Of a stretch of DNA of 64,000 nt, positions 63,743-64,000 are shown in pieces. Where the stretch lies: positions 124,001-188,000 of IMG/VR virus record IMGVR_UViG_3300011934_000017; one strand, written 5' to 3'. The position numbers and the translations under genes are program-made. The notes beneath the pieces are model-generated. The model worked only from the letters and a program-made list of their open reading frames with translations, was not told the DNA's origin and did not search any database. The first letter of the stretch is position 1. Each line of letters opens with the position of its first letter.

Positions 63743-64000
63743 ATGGCTCGCAAAAAAGGAGCAACTGAGATAGATGTATCAGGCAGTGGGTTTATTGATG
63801 ATCGAGGTCGTCATGTTAACACTGATATACCTGAAGACGCGCGCCGTTCTAGCTCTGGTAAATCCAACTCGAAGCAACGCTTAAAGGATAAGCAAAGCAA
63901 GGCGGCTAAACGCAAAAAGGAGATTGAAGAGGAGAACGAGCAAGCTAAAGCACCTTCACAGCGTAAGAAGAAAAAGAAGAAAGAAGACACGTATTCCTTA
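63743..64000 (+). CDS. 5' part of a gene running off the window (not in ORF track)
   Basis: SD GGAGGT; MARKKGATEIDVSGSGFIDDRGRHV...; open to window end. Confidence 0.8.
   Translation, partial: MARKKGATEIDVSGSGFIDDRGRHVNTDIPEDARRSSSGKSNSKQRLKDKQSKAAKRKKEIEEENEQAKAPSQRKKKKKKEDTYSL

Noticed and set aside
1-64000. Genome-wide stop-codon reassignment, suggested by the TGA at 23275
   Set aside because: Long conserved genes are intact in the standard code, and TGA ends several tightly packed genes (e.g. 22529, 44409).

Overview
This window is a 64-kb piece of a large lytic dsDNA bacteriophage (jumbo-myovirus type). It is densely coding, mostly on the minus strand up to about 37 kb and almost entirely on the plus strand after that. 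It contains replication, recombination and repair genes: RecA, gp32-like SSB, GyrA/GyrB-type topoisomerase II, DnaG primase, DnaX-like clamp loader, SbcC/SbcD, RuvC-like resolvase, Cas4-like nuclease and DenV-like glycosylase. It also contains a phage sigma factor, a nucleoid/chromatin-like cluster (HU, H1-like and highly acidic proteins), accessory early genes (MgtC, NADAR, Tad2/DUF2829-like, PC4, prolyl hydroxylase) and a probable virion-protein block at the right end. The gene set recalls PaBG/phiRSL1/Yoloswag-type jumbo phages, but that is inference from memory and was not tested. The main signals are: (1) a five-gene operon (MTase, atypical thymidylate-synthase fold, PLP enzyme, Asn-synthetase-like PP-loop ligase, GNAT-like) that looks like a DNA-base hypermodification pathway; (2) a 28-bp element with an invariant TTGGTTACGG core, held 35-36 nt downstream of the -10 box in seven sigma70-type promoters; (3) a 15-aa N-terminal peptide shared by GyrB and an unrelated protein, plus shared acidic C-terminal tips; (4) a hairpin-flanked 1-kb candidate replication origin; (5) a TGTAAATA motif that may be the promoter for the phage sigma factor. 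I found no tRNA, rRNA or CRISPR array. All family calls come from reading motifs by eye, not from database searches.
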